Virus record (IMG/VR): IMGVR_UViG_3300028045_000018
Span: 1 to 55,616 of that record
Source: a virus
Lineage: Duplodnaviria > Caudoviricetes
DNA length: 55,616 nucleotides
Direction: 5' to 3' (one strand)
The notes under the pieces are model-generated. The model did no database searches and was not told the origin of the DNA. It saw only the letters and a list, made by a program, of their open reading frames with translations. Positions 1-8,090 of the stretch are shown piece after piece (position 1 is the stretch's first letter; every line of letters starts with the position of its first letter). The translations under genes and the position numbers were made by a program.

Positions 1-419
1 CTTATTTCTTCCCAATGGTCTTTATTTTCTATGAATGCTCCCCAATGAAGTAGTTTTTTATCGCTTGATATAGCCCAATGATCTACATTATAGTCTTTAA
101 TATTGATGAAAGCTTTTGTGAATTGAACTGCTTTTGGATCAAAACCTTCATCTTCTAGTTCTGGAACTGATAGATTGAATGGAGAATAGATATTATCATC
201 TGTTATTGATAGTAGATCTTCTGAGAATATGTTACTCACAGCTATGATATCTAAGTCTCTTATCACTGAGTTTTTCTTTTGTGCATTTTTAACGAAAGAT
301 CCCCAAACAAGAACTGATTTAACACCATCTATTTCTGATATATTCTTAGCTATATTGTTTATATTAGCCTCAACAGTAACTATTGTAGGCATTGATTTCT
401 TGTACCAAGAGTTTCCCAT
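1..419 (-). CDS. Pol-beta-superfamily nucleotidyltransferase-like protein (runs off the left edge; not in ORF track)
   Basis: Manual translation from ATG at 419: MGNSWYKKSMPTIV...VKSVLVWGSFVKNAQKKNSVIRDLDIIA; hGS...DxD signature. Confidence 0.6.
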   Translation of the reverse strand, partial: MGNSWYKKSMPTIVTVEANINNIAKNISEIDGVKSVLVWGSFVKNAQKKNSVIRDLDIIAVSNIFSEDLLSITDDNIYSPFNLSVPELEDEGFDPKAVQFTKAFINIKDYNVDHWAISSDKKLLHWGAFIENKDHWEEI

Positions 420-525
420 GATATTATAATTCGACAAAAAATTAATAAATCTTTTATTCTTTTGTAGGAAAAAGAGATAAAAAGGTGGAATAGTAAATAT
501 TCTGTAGTTTAGAAAGGAAAATGAG

Positions 526-2055
526 ATGTCTTTTAAAACATTCTTTAAATTAGCTCAAGAAGAAATTGTACAAAACGAACCTGCTCCTGTACCAACTGGA
601 GATGTGCAACTCGGTACTTCCCCTCCAAGTCCTGCCGTTCAACCAGTTGGTACTATCGATACGTTTGTTAACAAAGGTAAAAAAGGCAGCTATCTTGCTG
701 TCAGCGTTAACGCAGATCCAGCAACAAAGAAACAAGCTAACGCTAAGTTTGTTGTTGGATTCAGTGGCTATAACGAGTTCAGAGGCAAGCCTACAAAGCT
801 CGTAACCAAAGAAAACATTGCTGACGTAGAAGCCGAAGTCTATCAAGTTGCTCAAATCTTCAATCTTGAAGTTAATGCCAAAGGTCTTGAATATGCAAAA
901 AGTACGTTAGCTGGGGAGAAATATGTTCCTAAACAATCAGAGTTTAAAGTCGAAGATCTCATCGTTCCTGGTGATGTAGACGCAACAGTTGATAATTTGG
1001 CAACAAAATTTAAAGATATATTGAAAGGAATTCCTGCATCAGATCAATCAAAAACAGTTGGCAATCTTATAGATCAACAACTTGAGATGTTGGCAGGAGA
1101 AGTCGATGATGCAGCAAAAAACAAATTAATACAAAATTTCTTAGCTATGTCTTCTCGCTTATATAACTATAGCTTTTTCAACCAAATGTTAATCTTCTTT
1201 CAAACTCGCGGTCAAGCTAAAGAAGTTCAATCATATAAAAAGTGGCAATTAATGGGAAGGCAAGTTAAAAGAAAAGAAGATCATCAATTAGGAGGTATTC
1301 TTATATACTATCCTATGATGTTAAAAAATAAAGATAGTCAAGGACAAGTTCGAATAAATCCACAAACTGGAGAAGAAGACAAGTTTGTAAGGTTTAAACT
1401 TGGAAATGTTTTTGATATTTCAGATACAGAACCATTCACAGGTGTCGCTCTAGAAAGATGGAAAAAGAAAAATGATGGTAAAAATCCATATGAACCTATA
1501 GCAAGAGATGTTTGGATGAGCGGAGACAATGAAGATACAGACTATACAGCAGCAATCAGAAATGCAGCTATAAAATTTGCAGATTCTGTAGGTATCCAAG
1601 TTGATCTTGGAAAAGACACTGGCACTGCTGGAGGATGGTCCGCTGGCGGTAATGTCGCTATCAATGTAGAGTCTGCTGGTGTAAGACAAGCAAGCACTAT
1701 TATGCATGAAATAGCTCACGAACTAATTCACTGGGCAGAAAGAAAAGAAAAAGGTAAACATAAACTTGATTATGGACACAAAGAAATAGAAACAGACGCC
1801 GAAGCAAGTGCATATATTATTATGAAACACTTCGGATTTGAGGTTCCATCCGCTTCCAACTATCTCGCGTTAAAAGGTGTAAACTCTGCTGGTGTAAGAA
1901 AAAGAAAAAGTTACATTCAAAAGGCAGTCAAACAAATCATTGATGGAATTTATGCAAACTTCCCAGAGGAATACAAACAAGCAAGTAAAACTTGTAATTG
2001 GTATAAATCGGCTCGTAGAAAAAATATTTATAAAAAAATATTTAATTCGTTGTAA
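526..2055 (+). CDS. ArdC-like N-terminal ssDNA-binding domain plus zincin (HExxH) metallopeptidase-like domain
   Basis: YNYSFFNQMLI...SYKKWQLMGRQVKR...VFDISDT matches ArdC-N; HEIAHELIH...E..AE; SD AAGGA upstream. Confidence 0.75.
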   Translation: MSFKTFFKLAQEEIVQNEPAPVPTGDVQLGTSPPSPAVQPVGTIDTFVNKGKKGSYLAVSVNADPATKKQANAKFVVGFSGYNEFRGKPTKLVTKENIADVEAEVYQVAQIFNLEVNAKGLEYAKSTLAGEKYVPKQSEFKVEDLIVPGDVDATVDNLATKFKDILKGIPASDQSKTVGNLIDQQLEMLAGEVDDAAKNKLIQNFLAMSSRLYNYSFFNQMLIFFQTRGQAKEVQSYKKWQLMGRQVKRKEDHQLGGILIYYPMMLKNKDSQGQVRINPQTGEEDKFVRFKLGNVFDISDTEPFTGVALERWKKKNDGKNPYEPIARDVWMSGDNEDTDYTAAIRNAAIKFADSVGIQVDLGKDTGTAGGWSAGGNVAINVESAGVRQASTIMHEIAHELIHWAERKEKGKHKLDYGHKEIETDAEASAYIIMKHFGFEVPSASNYLALKGVNSAGVRKRKSYIQKAVKQIIDGIYANFPEEYKQASKTCNWYKSARRKNIYKKIFNSL

Positions 2056-2078
2056 TGTGTCTTGTTTGTTGTTATAAT
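2056..2078 (+). promoter_or_regulatory. Class A promoter TGTG-N13-TATAAT upstream of tRNA
   Basis: TGTG 2056-2059, TATAAT 2073-2078; motif recurs at 13 sites. Confidence 0.65.
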
Positions 2079-2086
2079 AAAGATCT

Positions 2087-2161
2087 TGCAGGGTAGAGCA
2101 GTCCGGTCAGCTTGTCAGTCTCATAATCTGGAGGTCGCAGGTTCAAATCCTGCCCCTGCTA
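2087..2161 (+). tRNA. tRNA-Met(CAT), initiator-like (1:72 mismatch)
   Basis: Cloverleaf TGCAGGG/CCCTGCT, loop CTCATAA, T-loop TTCAAAT. Confidence 0.85.
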
Positions 2162-2176
2162 TTTGTTAAAAATAAA

Positions 2177-2395
2177 GTGGAGATAATTATGTGTGATGCA
2201 GGAATGGACGGTGATATGTATGACCCCAATACGAGTAGTGGTAAATGGGTTGGGACAAGACCTCAAATGACTTCAGAAGGACCAAAGTATCCAGTACAAC
2301 CACTGGTTCTTAATAAACCTAAGATCGAAGAAGAGACTTTAAGTTTTAGAGAACGATTTGCTAGATCGATGCGTATGCTATTTACAGGTAAATAG
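2177..2395 (+). CDS. Hypothetical protein (start possibly 2189)
   Basis: ORF between tRNAs; GGAG upstream of ATG 2189. Confidence 0.5.
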   Translation: MEIIMCDAGMDGDMYDPNTSSGKWVGTRPQMTSEGPKYPVQPLVLNKPKIEEETLSFRERFARSMRMLFTGK

Positions 2396-2476
2396 ACGCA
2401 TAAGAAATAATTTTTCAAAATAATAATTTTTATGTAGGAATGTGTCTTACTTTCCGATATACTATATGTAGAACAT

Positions 2477-2548
2477 CGCGGGAGCAGCCCTGGCGGGCTA
2501 CTGAGGTTCATATCCTCGGCGAGATCGGTTCGACTCCGATTCCCGCTA
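2477..2548 (+). tRNA. tRNA-Met(CAT), second copy with 1:72 mismatch
   Basis: CGCGGGA/TCCCGCT, anticodon arm TGAGG-TTCATAT-CCTCG, T-loop TTCGACT. Confidence 0.8.
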
Positions 2549-2832
2549 TTCGCATCAATATGATGCGTAGATTAGAACGGATAAAAAAATGATTAATTAC
2601 ATTACATCTTGCTTAGTCGCATACGGCATCAGCCAAGCAGATGTTATACGTCCCAAACCACCTATCAGCAAGCCGAAACGTATATAATACGTTTATCTGG
2701 CTTGAATCTCTTTGTCGCAAATTCCCATTTAAAAGATTTTAATGCCAGTGTGTTTGTTTGTATGATATACTGTTAGAGTATTAGTAGTTATTTAAAAATT
2801 GAATTAGGGTTGTTTTTCAATCGTCATATATA

Positions 2833-2897
2833 CGGTTAGGACGAGCCCAGCTTCTGCCAGAGCTAATGGCTTTCACAAGTTGGGTTTTGTCCATCCG
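2833..2897 (+). ncRNA. Candidate GC-rich long-hairpin RNA in tRNA cluster
   Basis: GGACGAGCCCAGCTT pairs with AAGTTGGGTTTTGTCC; apical AGAGC/GCTTT; downstream of class A promoter 2749-2771. Confidence 0.4.
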
Positions 2898-2913
2898 TTT
2901 AAAAGATGATGAC

Positions 2914-3081
2914 GGGCGGGTAGCATAACAGGCAATGCAATCGACTTAGGCCAAAAGCTCAATTTGGCAGAGCAAATGGTTCTTACCCATAAGGATGCAG
3001 GTTCGATCCCTGCTTGGCCTAGTGGTTTTTTTAAACCGTAGCTTAATCGATAGATTGTGGGTTCGAATCCCACTTCGCCCA
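2914..3081 (+). tRNA. Intron-containing tRNA (probably Lys) with a 95-nt anticodon-loop insert
   Basis: GGGCGGG/TTCGCCC acceptor, GCAT/ATGC D-stem, ATCGA(2940-44)/TCGAT(3047-51) anticodon stem separated by 102 nt, GTGGG-TTCGAAT-CCCAC T-arm. Confidence 0.8.
2948..3021 (+). tRNA. tRNA-Lys(CTT) nested in the intron of tRNA 2914-3081
   Basis: AGGCCAA/TTGGCCT, GCTC/GAGC, loop TTCTTAC, GCAGG-TTCGATC-CCTGC. Confidence 0.85.
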
Positions 3082-3124
3082 GTCTAGGAGTATTGTTTAA
3101 TTTATATGTTTTGATTTGTAAGTA

Positions 3125-3201
3125 CAGTGCGTAGCTCAGCTTGGTTTTAGAGCGGCGGTTTTGGGAATCGCAGGCCGGAGGTTCGAATCCTCTCGCACTG
3201 A
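3125..3201 (+). tRNA. tRNA-Pro(TGG)
   Basis: CAGTGCG/CGCACTG, loop TTTGGGA, TTCGAAT. Confidence 0.92.
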
Positions 3202-3326
3202 GTTGATTTATAGAACAGTTTTGTTTTATAAATAAAAAAGAAGCGACTAGACAGAAACGTAGTCTTGCAGCGAAAAAGGCGTGGGCAGAAAGAAAAGCAC
3301 CTTGTAAAATAGATGATTAGTCTATC

Positions 3327-3398
3327 GGGCCTTTAGCTCAGTGGCAGAGCCGCATTCTCATAAAATGTAGGTGGCTGGTTCGAATCCAGCAAGGCCCA
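3327..3398 (+). tRNA. tRNA(CAT), Ile2-like or elongator Met
   Basis: GGGCCTT/AAGGCCC, loop CTCATAA, TTCGAAT. Confidence 0.88.
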
Positions 3399-3412
3399 TT
3401 AAGGAAGTAATA

Positions 3413-3625
3413 ATGAAGATGATATTAAGACAAAAAAGAAACGATGATATTCACAGTCCATTAAGTTATAGATATCATCATTCAGATAGTGGATATCATT
3501 ATCTTTTCCCTCTTTCTATAAGCAAATATGGTTCTTTTTGTGTTGTTGGACGTTTTACACATTCATTTAATTTTGGCATGAAGAGTCATTTTTCTTCAAG
3601 AAAAGAAAGAGACAGATTATTATGA
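3413..3625 (+). CDS. Small MKMI(L/M)R-family Ser/aromatic-rich protein
   Basis: SD AAGGA then ATG 3413 (track start lies inside the tRNA); begins MKMILRQ. Confidence 0.55.
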   Translation: MKMILRQKRNDDIHSPLSYRYHHSDSGYHYLFPLSISKYGSFCVVGRFTHSFNFGMKSHFSSRKERDRLL

Positions 3626-3804
3626 AAATGATAATGAGAAATGGTACGGTTACTAATAGATGTAATGCTTGGTCTCAGTCTTCTCCAACTCATCATTGGT
3701 CTCAATCTTGGACTTGGTGGATATGTTGGTCTGAGCCATCATCTAATTTGTCTTGGTCTTTAAATTGGTCTTTATCTTGGGGCTATTCGAGGTTAGAAGA
3801 ATGA
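3622..3804 (+). CDS. Small MKMIMR-family Ser/Trp-rich protein
   Basis: MKMIMRN...WSQSWTWW...SWSLNWSLSWGYS; ATGA-coupled to neighbours. Confidence 0.6.
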   Translation: MKMIMRNGTVTNRCNAWSQSSPTHHWSQSWTWWICWSEPSSNLSWSLNWSLSWGYSRLEE

Positions 3805-4007
3805 AAATGATAATGCGAAGACCAATAACGTGGAAGAACGATGGAAAGATGTCTTATTCATCAGGAGGAGGTACACTTAGAGATATGTGGCTCCAACCAT
3901 TAAAATATTCTGTTAGCACTTTTAATACAGATAGATATATAAGTTTTGAATATTCATTTTGTTTTAGTTGCAATATTTCTACAAGCAATTTTAACAATAA
4001 TGGCTAA
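3801..4007 (+). CDS. Small MKMIMR-family protein
   Basis: ATG 3801 overlaps upstream TGA; MKMIMRR. Confidence 0.55.
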   Translation: MKMIMRRPITWKNDGKMSYSSGGGTLRDMWLQPLKYSVSTFNTDRYISFEYSFCFSCNISTSNFNNNG

Positions 4008-4008
4008 A

Positions 4009-4371
4009 TTATTTAAGCGTTAGCAGATATTCTAATTTGTTAATTTCTGCTATAATTTCATCTCTGATATTCAATAGATCAGTATCTTTTTCATCTATGA
4101 TATCTGCGAAATCATTTGCAAGAGCATCACCTAGTTCAGAGAATATGCTTTCTGGGTTATCTGAGACATCTTTTAGTTCGATTGTATTTTCATCGTCTAG
4201 ATAGATTCTATCATATTTACCTTGATAACATTCTACGAGTAAGTCAATTAAAGGCGTTAGAGCGTCATAGAAGTTACCGAAAGCTATATGTTGGGCATAA
4301 CTTTTTGTTTGCCAGTGAAGTATTCTTGTTTGGTCTTGCGTCTTTAACAGTAGAAGTAGAATGTTTTTCAT
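4009..4371 (-). CDS. Ferritin/Dps-like protein (DUF5856-like)
   Basis: LHWQTKSYAQHIAFGNFYD...D..VE.YQG...LLNIRDEI...YLLTLK. Confidence 0.8.
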   Translation of the reverse strand: MKNILLLLLKTQDQTRILHWQTKSYAQHIAFGNFYDALTPLIDLLVECYQGKYDRIYLDDENTIELKDVSDNPESIFSELGDALANDFADIIDEKDTDLLNIRDEIIAEINKLEYLLTLK

Positions 4372-4517
4372 TATATTAGTTCCTTTGTGAGTCACAATTA
4401 TATTATTGTATATTTATGCGATTTCCTTTAATCTTATTTGGGTTAGAAGTTTTATTTGTGATATATAATATGGTATAATGTTTTTGGAAGATTAACTATA
4501 AATTACGAGGTAGAAAA

Positions 4518-5042
4518 ATGAGTTTAAAAATAATCGTAGTAGACAGCCATAATACACAAGAGTATAATTTTGATGAATGTGGTGATGCCATCGATGGTGT
4601 AGAGTCAACCGTATATTCTGGTGATTCTATTCTTTCTATTATTGAAGATCCGAATACTCCAGCAGGAGTTGTGGAAGAGCTTTTAGAAAGTCTTACATCT
4701 AATGGTTGGATAAACATTGAAGACATTAAAGATAGAGAGGATAGGATCAAAGCTCTTAAAGAATATTTGATGGTTGATCGTTATCAAAGAGTTTATCACA
4801 CTAACATTGACAAGCCCACTCTTAGTGTTATAAGGGATTTGGCTACAGGTGAAGGTTTCCTTGTACAGAAAATTAGCAATGAGCATTTAACTGGCAAGGC
4901 AAAAGAACGACTTGACAAAGAGATCGAGAAGAATAAAAAACTTGTTGCTGCGAATAAGAAAGCATTAGCAACTAGAAAAAAGAATAAAAAAGCAAAAGAT
5001 ATAGAGAAGGCTAAAAAGGTTCTTAAAGACGCGGGCCTATAA
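4518..5042 (+). CDS. Hypothetical protein with Lys-rich C-terminus
   Basis: GAGG SD; class A promoter 4457-4479. Confidence 0.7.
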   Translation: MSLKIIVVDSHNTQEYNFDECGDAIDGVESTVYSGDSILSIIEDPNTPAGVVEELLESLTSNGWINIEDIKDREDRIKALKEYLMVDRYQRVYHTNIDKPTLSVIRDLATGEGFLVQKISNEHLTGKAKERLDKEIEKNKKLVAANKKALATRKKNKKAKDIEKAKKVLKDAGL

Positions 5043-5647
5043 TGGAAACCACACAAACAGAGATAGATTGGATTGGAATCATTAATTACATTGCTAGTTC
5101 TATGAGTGATAGATATAGATTCTTGTCAGAAGATGATGTAAGAAGTGCAGCGAATGAAGGCTGTCTGCTTGCAGCCAGAGGATTCGATCCTAACAAAGGG
5201 CAAAATATAACTAAACATATCAAAATCAAAGGCTATTTCAAAACGATTGATATATTGAGGAGAGAGAAATGGCTCAATAGGCCGGGAAAAACGCACTACG
5301 AAATAAAAACATATAACGAATTTCACGAAAGAGAACTAGTAGACGGACTTAAAACAACCGTAGAACATATCAACTTGGACGAGACTTGCATACAATCGAA
5401 AAGCTATGAAAACTTTGATAATTTTTGGTTTGAATTGACGGATGGTTTAGGAGCGTTTTACACAAAAGTTCTTTATCTGAGATACATAGAAAATAGAACC
5501 ATATTCGAGATGATGGAGATAATGGAGACTACTAATAAGTATATTAAACAATACATTTATGATGCGAGAAAAAGGTTATGTAGGTTGCATGGTCTCAGTG
5601 AGGACGAATTACAACTGACAACGCGCACTACATCTAGAGTACGTTAA
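5042..5647 (+). CDS. Sigma70-family sigma factor-like protein (divergent)
   Basis: Region 2-like EDDVRSAANEGCLLAARGFDP...IDILRR; region 4-like KVLYLRYIENRTIFEM. Confidence 0.65.
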   Translation: METTQTEIDWIGIINYIASSMSDRYRFLSEDDVRSAANEGCLLAARGFDPNKGQNITKHIKIKGYFKTIDILRREKWLNRPGKTHYEIKTYNEFHERELVDGLKTTVEHINLDETCIQSKSYENFDNFWFELTDGLGAFYTKVLYLRYIENRTIFEMMEIMETTNKYIKQYIYDARKRLCRLHGLSEDELQLTTRTTSRVR

Positions 5648-5648
5648 A

Positions 5649-6233
5649 ATGGAAAAAATAAAAACTTCACAAATAGATTGGCTTAAAATAAGTAATCTTA
5701 TTGTAGGCAGTCTAAAAAGCAAGTTACCTCTCGTTCCTGCTGATGAGATAGAGGCAAGTTCTTTTGTAGGATTAGCTGTAGCTAAATCTATATTTGATCG
5801 TTCTGAAAAGACAGATATAGATGATAATATTGGTCTCATATATAGTGTTGGTTTAAAAAGAACGATAGACGACCTTAGAGATAGGAGGCTCATTGACAGG
5901 ACTTGTACTGTCAACAAGAAGAGAGAGAAGTTAGAAGCTGATATTGGTGGCGAAGATATAGATTGGTCTATTTTCGATATAGTAAGATATTCCGAAGATA
6001 CAGCAGGCGAGATGGAGCGAAAAGACTTCTGGAAAGAGGTCACAAAACGTCTATCAAAAGAAGAGGAACGAATCATTTTGTTGTATTATCGAGATGGGAT
6101 TACAATGAAAAAAATAGGAGTTTTATTAGAATGTACTGAAGGACGAATATCTCAGGTTATCAAAAAGACACTTTTAAAAATAAAGAAAAGGTTCGAAGAA
6201 AACGAATATACTTGGAACGAGTTTTTAACTTAA
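5649..6233 (+). CDS. Sigma70-family (FliA/WhiG-like) sigma factor
   Basis: GL..A...FD...IDDLR (region 2); LSKEEERIILLYYRDGITMKKIGVLLECTEGRISQ (region 4 HTH). Confidence 0.85.
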   Translation: MEKIKTSQIDWLKISNLIVGSLKSKLPLVPADEIEASSFVGLAVAKSIFDRSEKTDIDDNIGLIYSVGLKRTIDDLRDRRLIDRTCTVNKKREKLEADIGGEDIDWSIFDIVRYSEDTAGEMERKDFWKEVTKRLSKEEERIILLYYRDGITMKKIGVLLECTEGRISQVIKKTLLKIKKRFEENEYTWNEFLT

Positions 6234-6239
6234 TATTTA

Positions 6240-6266
6240 AAGGTCTTAGCCTAATAATGCCGAATA
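6240..6266 (+). promoter_or_regulatory. Class B promoter AAGG-N15-GCCGAATA
   Basis: Same spacing recurs at several sites; -10 half resembles sigma28 GCCGATAA. Confidence 0.55.
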
Positions 6267-6285
6267 GATAATTGGAGAGGAAACA

Positions 6286-6789
6286 ATGTTTACATACATT
6301 AAAATGTCGGCTGAAGAGTTTAATGACAAGCTATCTGAAGGTCAAGATTTTTCTATCGTAGTTCCTCAAGATGATTTTGAAATAAGTTTATTACATAAAG
6401 TTTTGATTGACGAATTACATCTTATGTTTGAAGGCAAGATAACAGCTTACGATAAATTTGATACGTTGTGTAATTATATATACTATGATGGTAATGGAAG
6501 ATTTTTCTTTGACTTATCAGAAGATCCGAAATGTTCTAATGATAAAATCGCGTTTTATATTGCTGTTTACGGTTCGAGTGAGTTAGAATTTGATGAAGAG
6601 GGTGAGTTTATTGATCCTCCTCCTGAAGATATGAATCTAGTTTCCTACGATGTCATGGAAGACGATGTTCTAAGTACAGAAGATAGAGAATATAGTTTTG
6701 AGATTTACTCTCATCATAAAGGTTTAATGAAAATAGATTTGCGTGAAGCCATTGGCATGATGATGAGTAATACTATAAAGAAGATATAA
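6286..6789 (+). CDS. Acidic hypothetical protein
   Basis: ORF with GAGG SD. Confidence 0.7.
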   Translation: MFTYIKMSAEEFNDKLSEGQDFSIVVPQDDFEISLLHKVLIDELHLMFEGKITAYDKFDTLCNYIYYDGNGRFFFDLSEDPKCSNDKIAFYIAVYGSSELEFDEEGEFIDPPPEDMNLVSYDVMEDDVLSTEDREYSFEIYSHHKGLMKIDLREAIGMMMSNTIKKI

Positions 6790-6792
6790 AAT

Positions 6793-7020
6793 ATGAGTTT
6801 TTTAATTTATTTGTTGTTATATTTGCTTAGCGGTTGTTTGGGGGTTTCTATTGTTAGATTTTTTTATTGGGTATATGGATGTCCATGGGAAGAAGACAAA
6901 AAGTGTTTCCTTTGGACTGGTTTGACTTTGGGATGGTTTGCTTTAATCGGTTTTAGTCTTTGGATTGGTTGTATTTTGATTAACGAGCTTTTAAGAAAGG
7001 TTCATTTAAATATTTTTTGA
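6793..7020 (+). CDS. Small two-TM membrane protein
   Basis: Two hydrophobic stretches. Confidence 0.6.
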   Translation: MSFLIYLLLYLLSGCLGVSIVRFFYWVYGCPWEEDKKCFLWTGLTLGWFALIGFSLWIGCILINELLRKVHLNIF

Positions 7021-7021
7021 C

Positions 7022-7096
7022 GCTCCTGTAGCTTAAATGGATAAGCTTTCGTTTTCGAAACGAAATTAAATGTGGGTTCGAGTCCTATCAGGAGTA
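7022..7096 (+). tRNA. tRNA-Arg(TCG)
   Basis: GCTCCTG/CAGGAGT, TTCGT-TTTCGAA-ACGAA, TTCGAGT. Confidence 0.85.
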
Positions 7097-7141
7097 TTTG
7101 TCGGTTCTATTTAGAATAATTTTATTGGCGGGTAAAAATTA

Positions 7142-8080
7142 ATGGCAGACTCTAAAGAGTATCAATTTAGAAATGTTCAGAGGTATGTTGTTCCTGCTCC
7201 GATCCCTCATATTATTACTGAAAAAGATTTACCTAAAAATCACAAAATACTTATTGTTTTACCGCATGGTGATGATGGCAGATACTTTGGATCATCTCTA
7301 TCTTTTTTGAACAAAACGAATGACGTAAAAATAGTTGTTATGTCGCCTGGGCATCATGGAGTAGAAACAAACATTTCTAAAACCAAAAAGATGCGACAGA
7401 GATGGGATGAAACTGTTGCATGGGCTAAAATGCTTGGATACGAAATAGAACAATTAGTTGATTTTAGAGCCGATAAGACATATAAAAAAGAAGTCATTGA
7501 TAACGTTGATATGCAAAAGCTTCATTGGTTCATGGAATATGAAAAACCATCTTTAATTTTCCTTCCTCATATCAGTGATACTGCTCATGCTATAAATTTC
7601 AATAGTAGAACTATGGTTATTCGAGCTTTGTCATGTTGGATAACTGATAGACACAGACGAAGTTCTCGTGATAAGAAATCGATCTTTATTGCGGAATACC
7701 CTACAAATCATGTTCCTATCCTTCCTCCTTCAGACAAAAACTTTATTGTGATGTTCACAGATCCTTCAATCGCAGAAATTAAACATCAAGCCAACAAGTG
7801 TCATGTTAGTCAAAAAGATACTGGATTTGAGATGACAGAAAGAATGGTTGAAGCGATAGAAACCGTAACAGAAGCAGAAGATATATATCAAGCGAATAAA
7901 CGAAGAAAACATGCAAGACTTTTATCTGGTGTTGACATAGATTCTAACACATCAAGAGGAGAGCAGTTTGGCATAACTAAAATTTCAATTAAAGTAATGC
8001 GATCCGTACCCTTTATCGTAGAGGAAAGATTAAAATTTCCTCTTAGCAAATCCGACAAAAATAGATGGAATAACGTTTAG
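7142..8080 (+). CDS. PIG-L/LmbE-family deacetylase-like protein
   Basis: ILIVLPHGDD motif; R.DE; H.SQ. Confidence 0.7.
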   Translation: MADSKEYQFRNVQRYVVPAPIPHIITEKDLPKNHKILIVLPHGDDGRYFGSSLSFLNKTNDVKIVVMSPGHHGVETNISKTKKMRQRWDETVAWAKMLGYEIEQLVDFRADKTYKKEVIDNVDMQKLHWFMEYEKPSLIFLPHISDTAHAINFNSRTMVIRALSCWITDRHRRSSRDKKSIFIAEYPTNHVPILPPSDKNFIVMFTDPSIAEIKHQANKCHVSQKDTGFEMTERMVEAIETVTEAEDIYQANKRRKHARLLSGVDIDSNTSRGEQFGITKISIKVMRSVPFIVEERLKFPLSKSDKNRWNNV

Positions 8081-8090
8081 GAAGAATAAG

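Noticed and set aside
229-429. 66-aa plus-strand ORF
   Set aside because: It is antisense to a longer minus-strand frame carrying a nucleotidyltransferase motif and a promoter.
2945-3046. Self-splicing group I/II intron or target-site duplication explaining the tRNA inserts (also 47080-47125)
   Set aside because: The inserts are only 95 and 39 nt with no ribozyme core. Removing an insert plus one CTTA/TTAA copy leaves a 5-nt loop, not a 7-nt loop.
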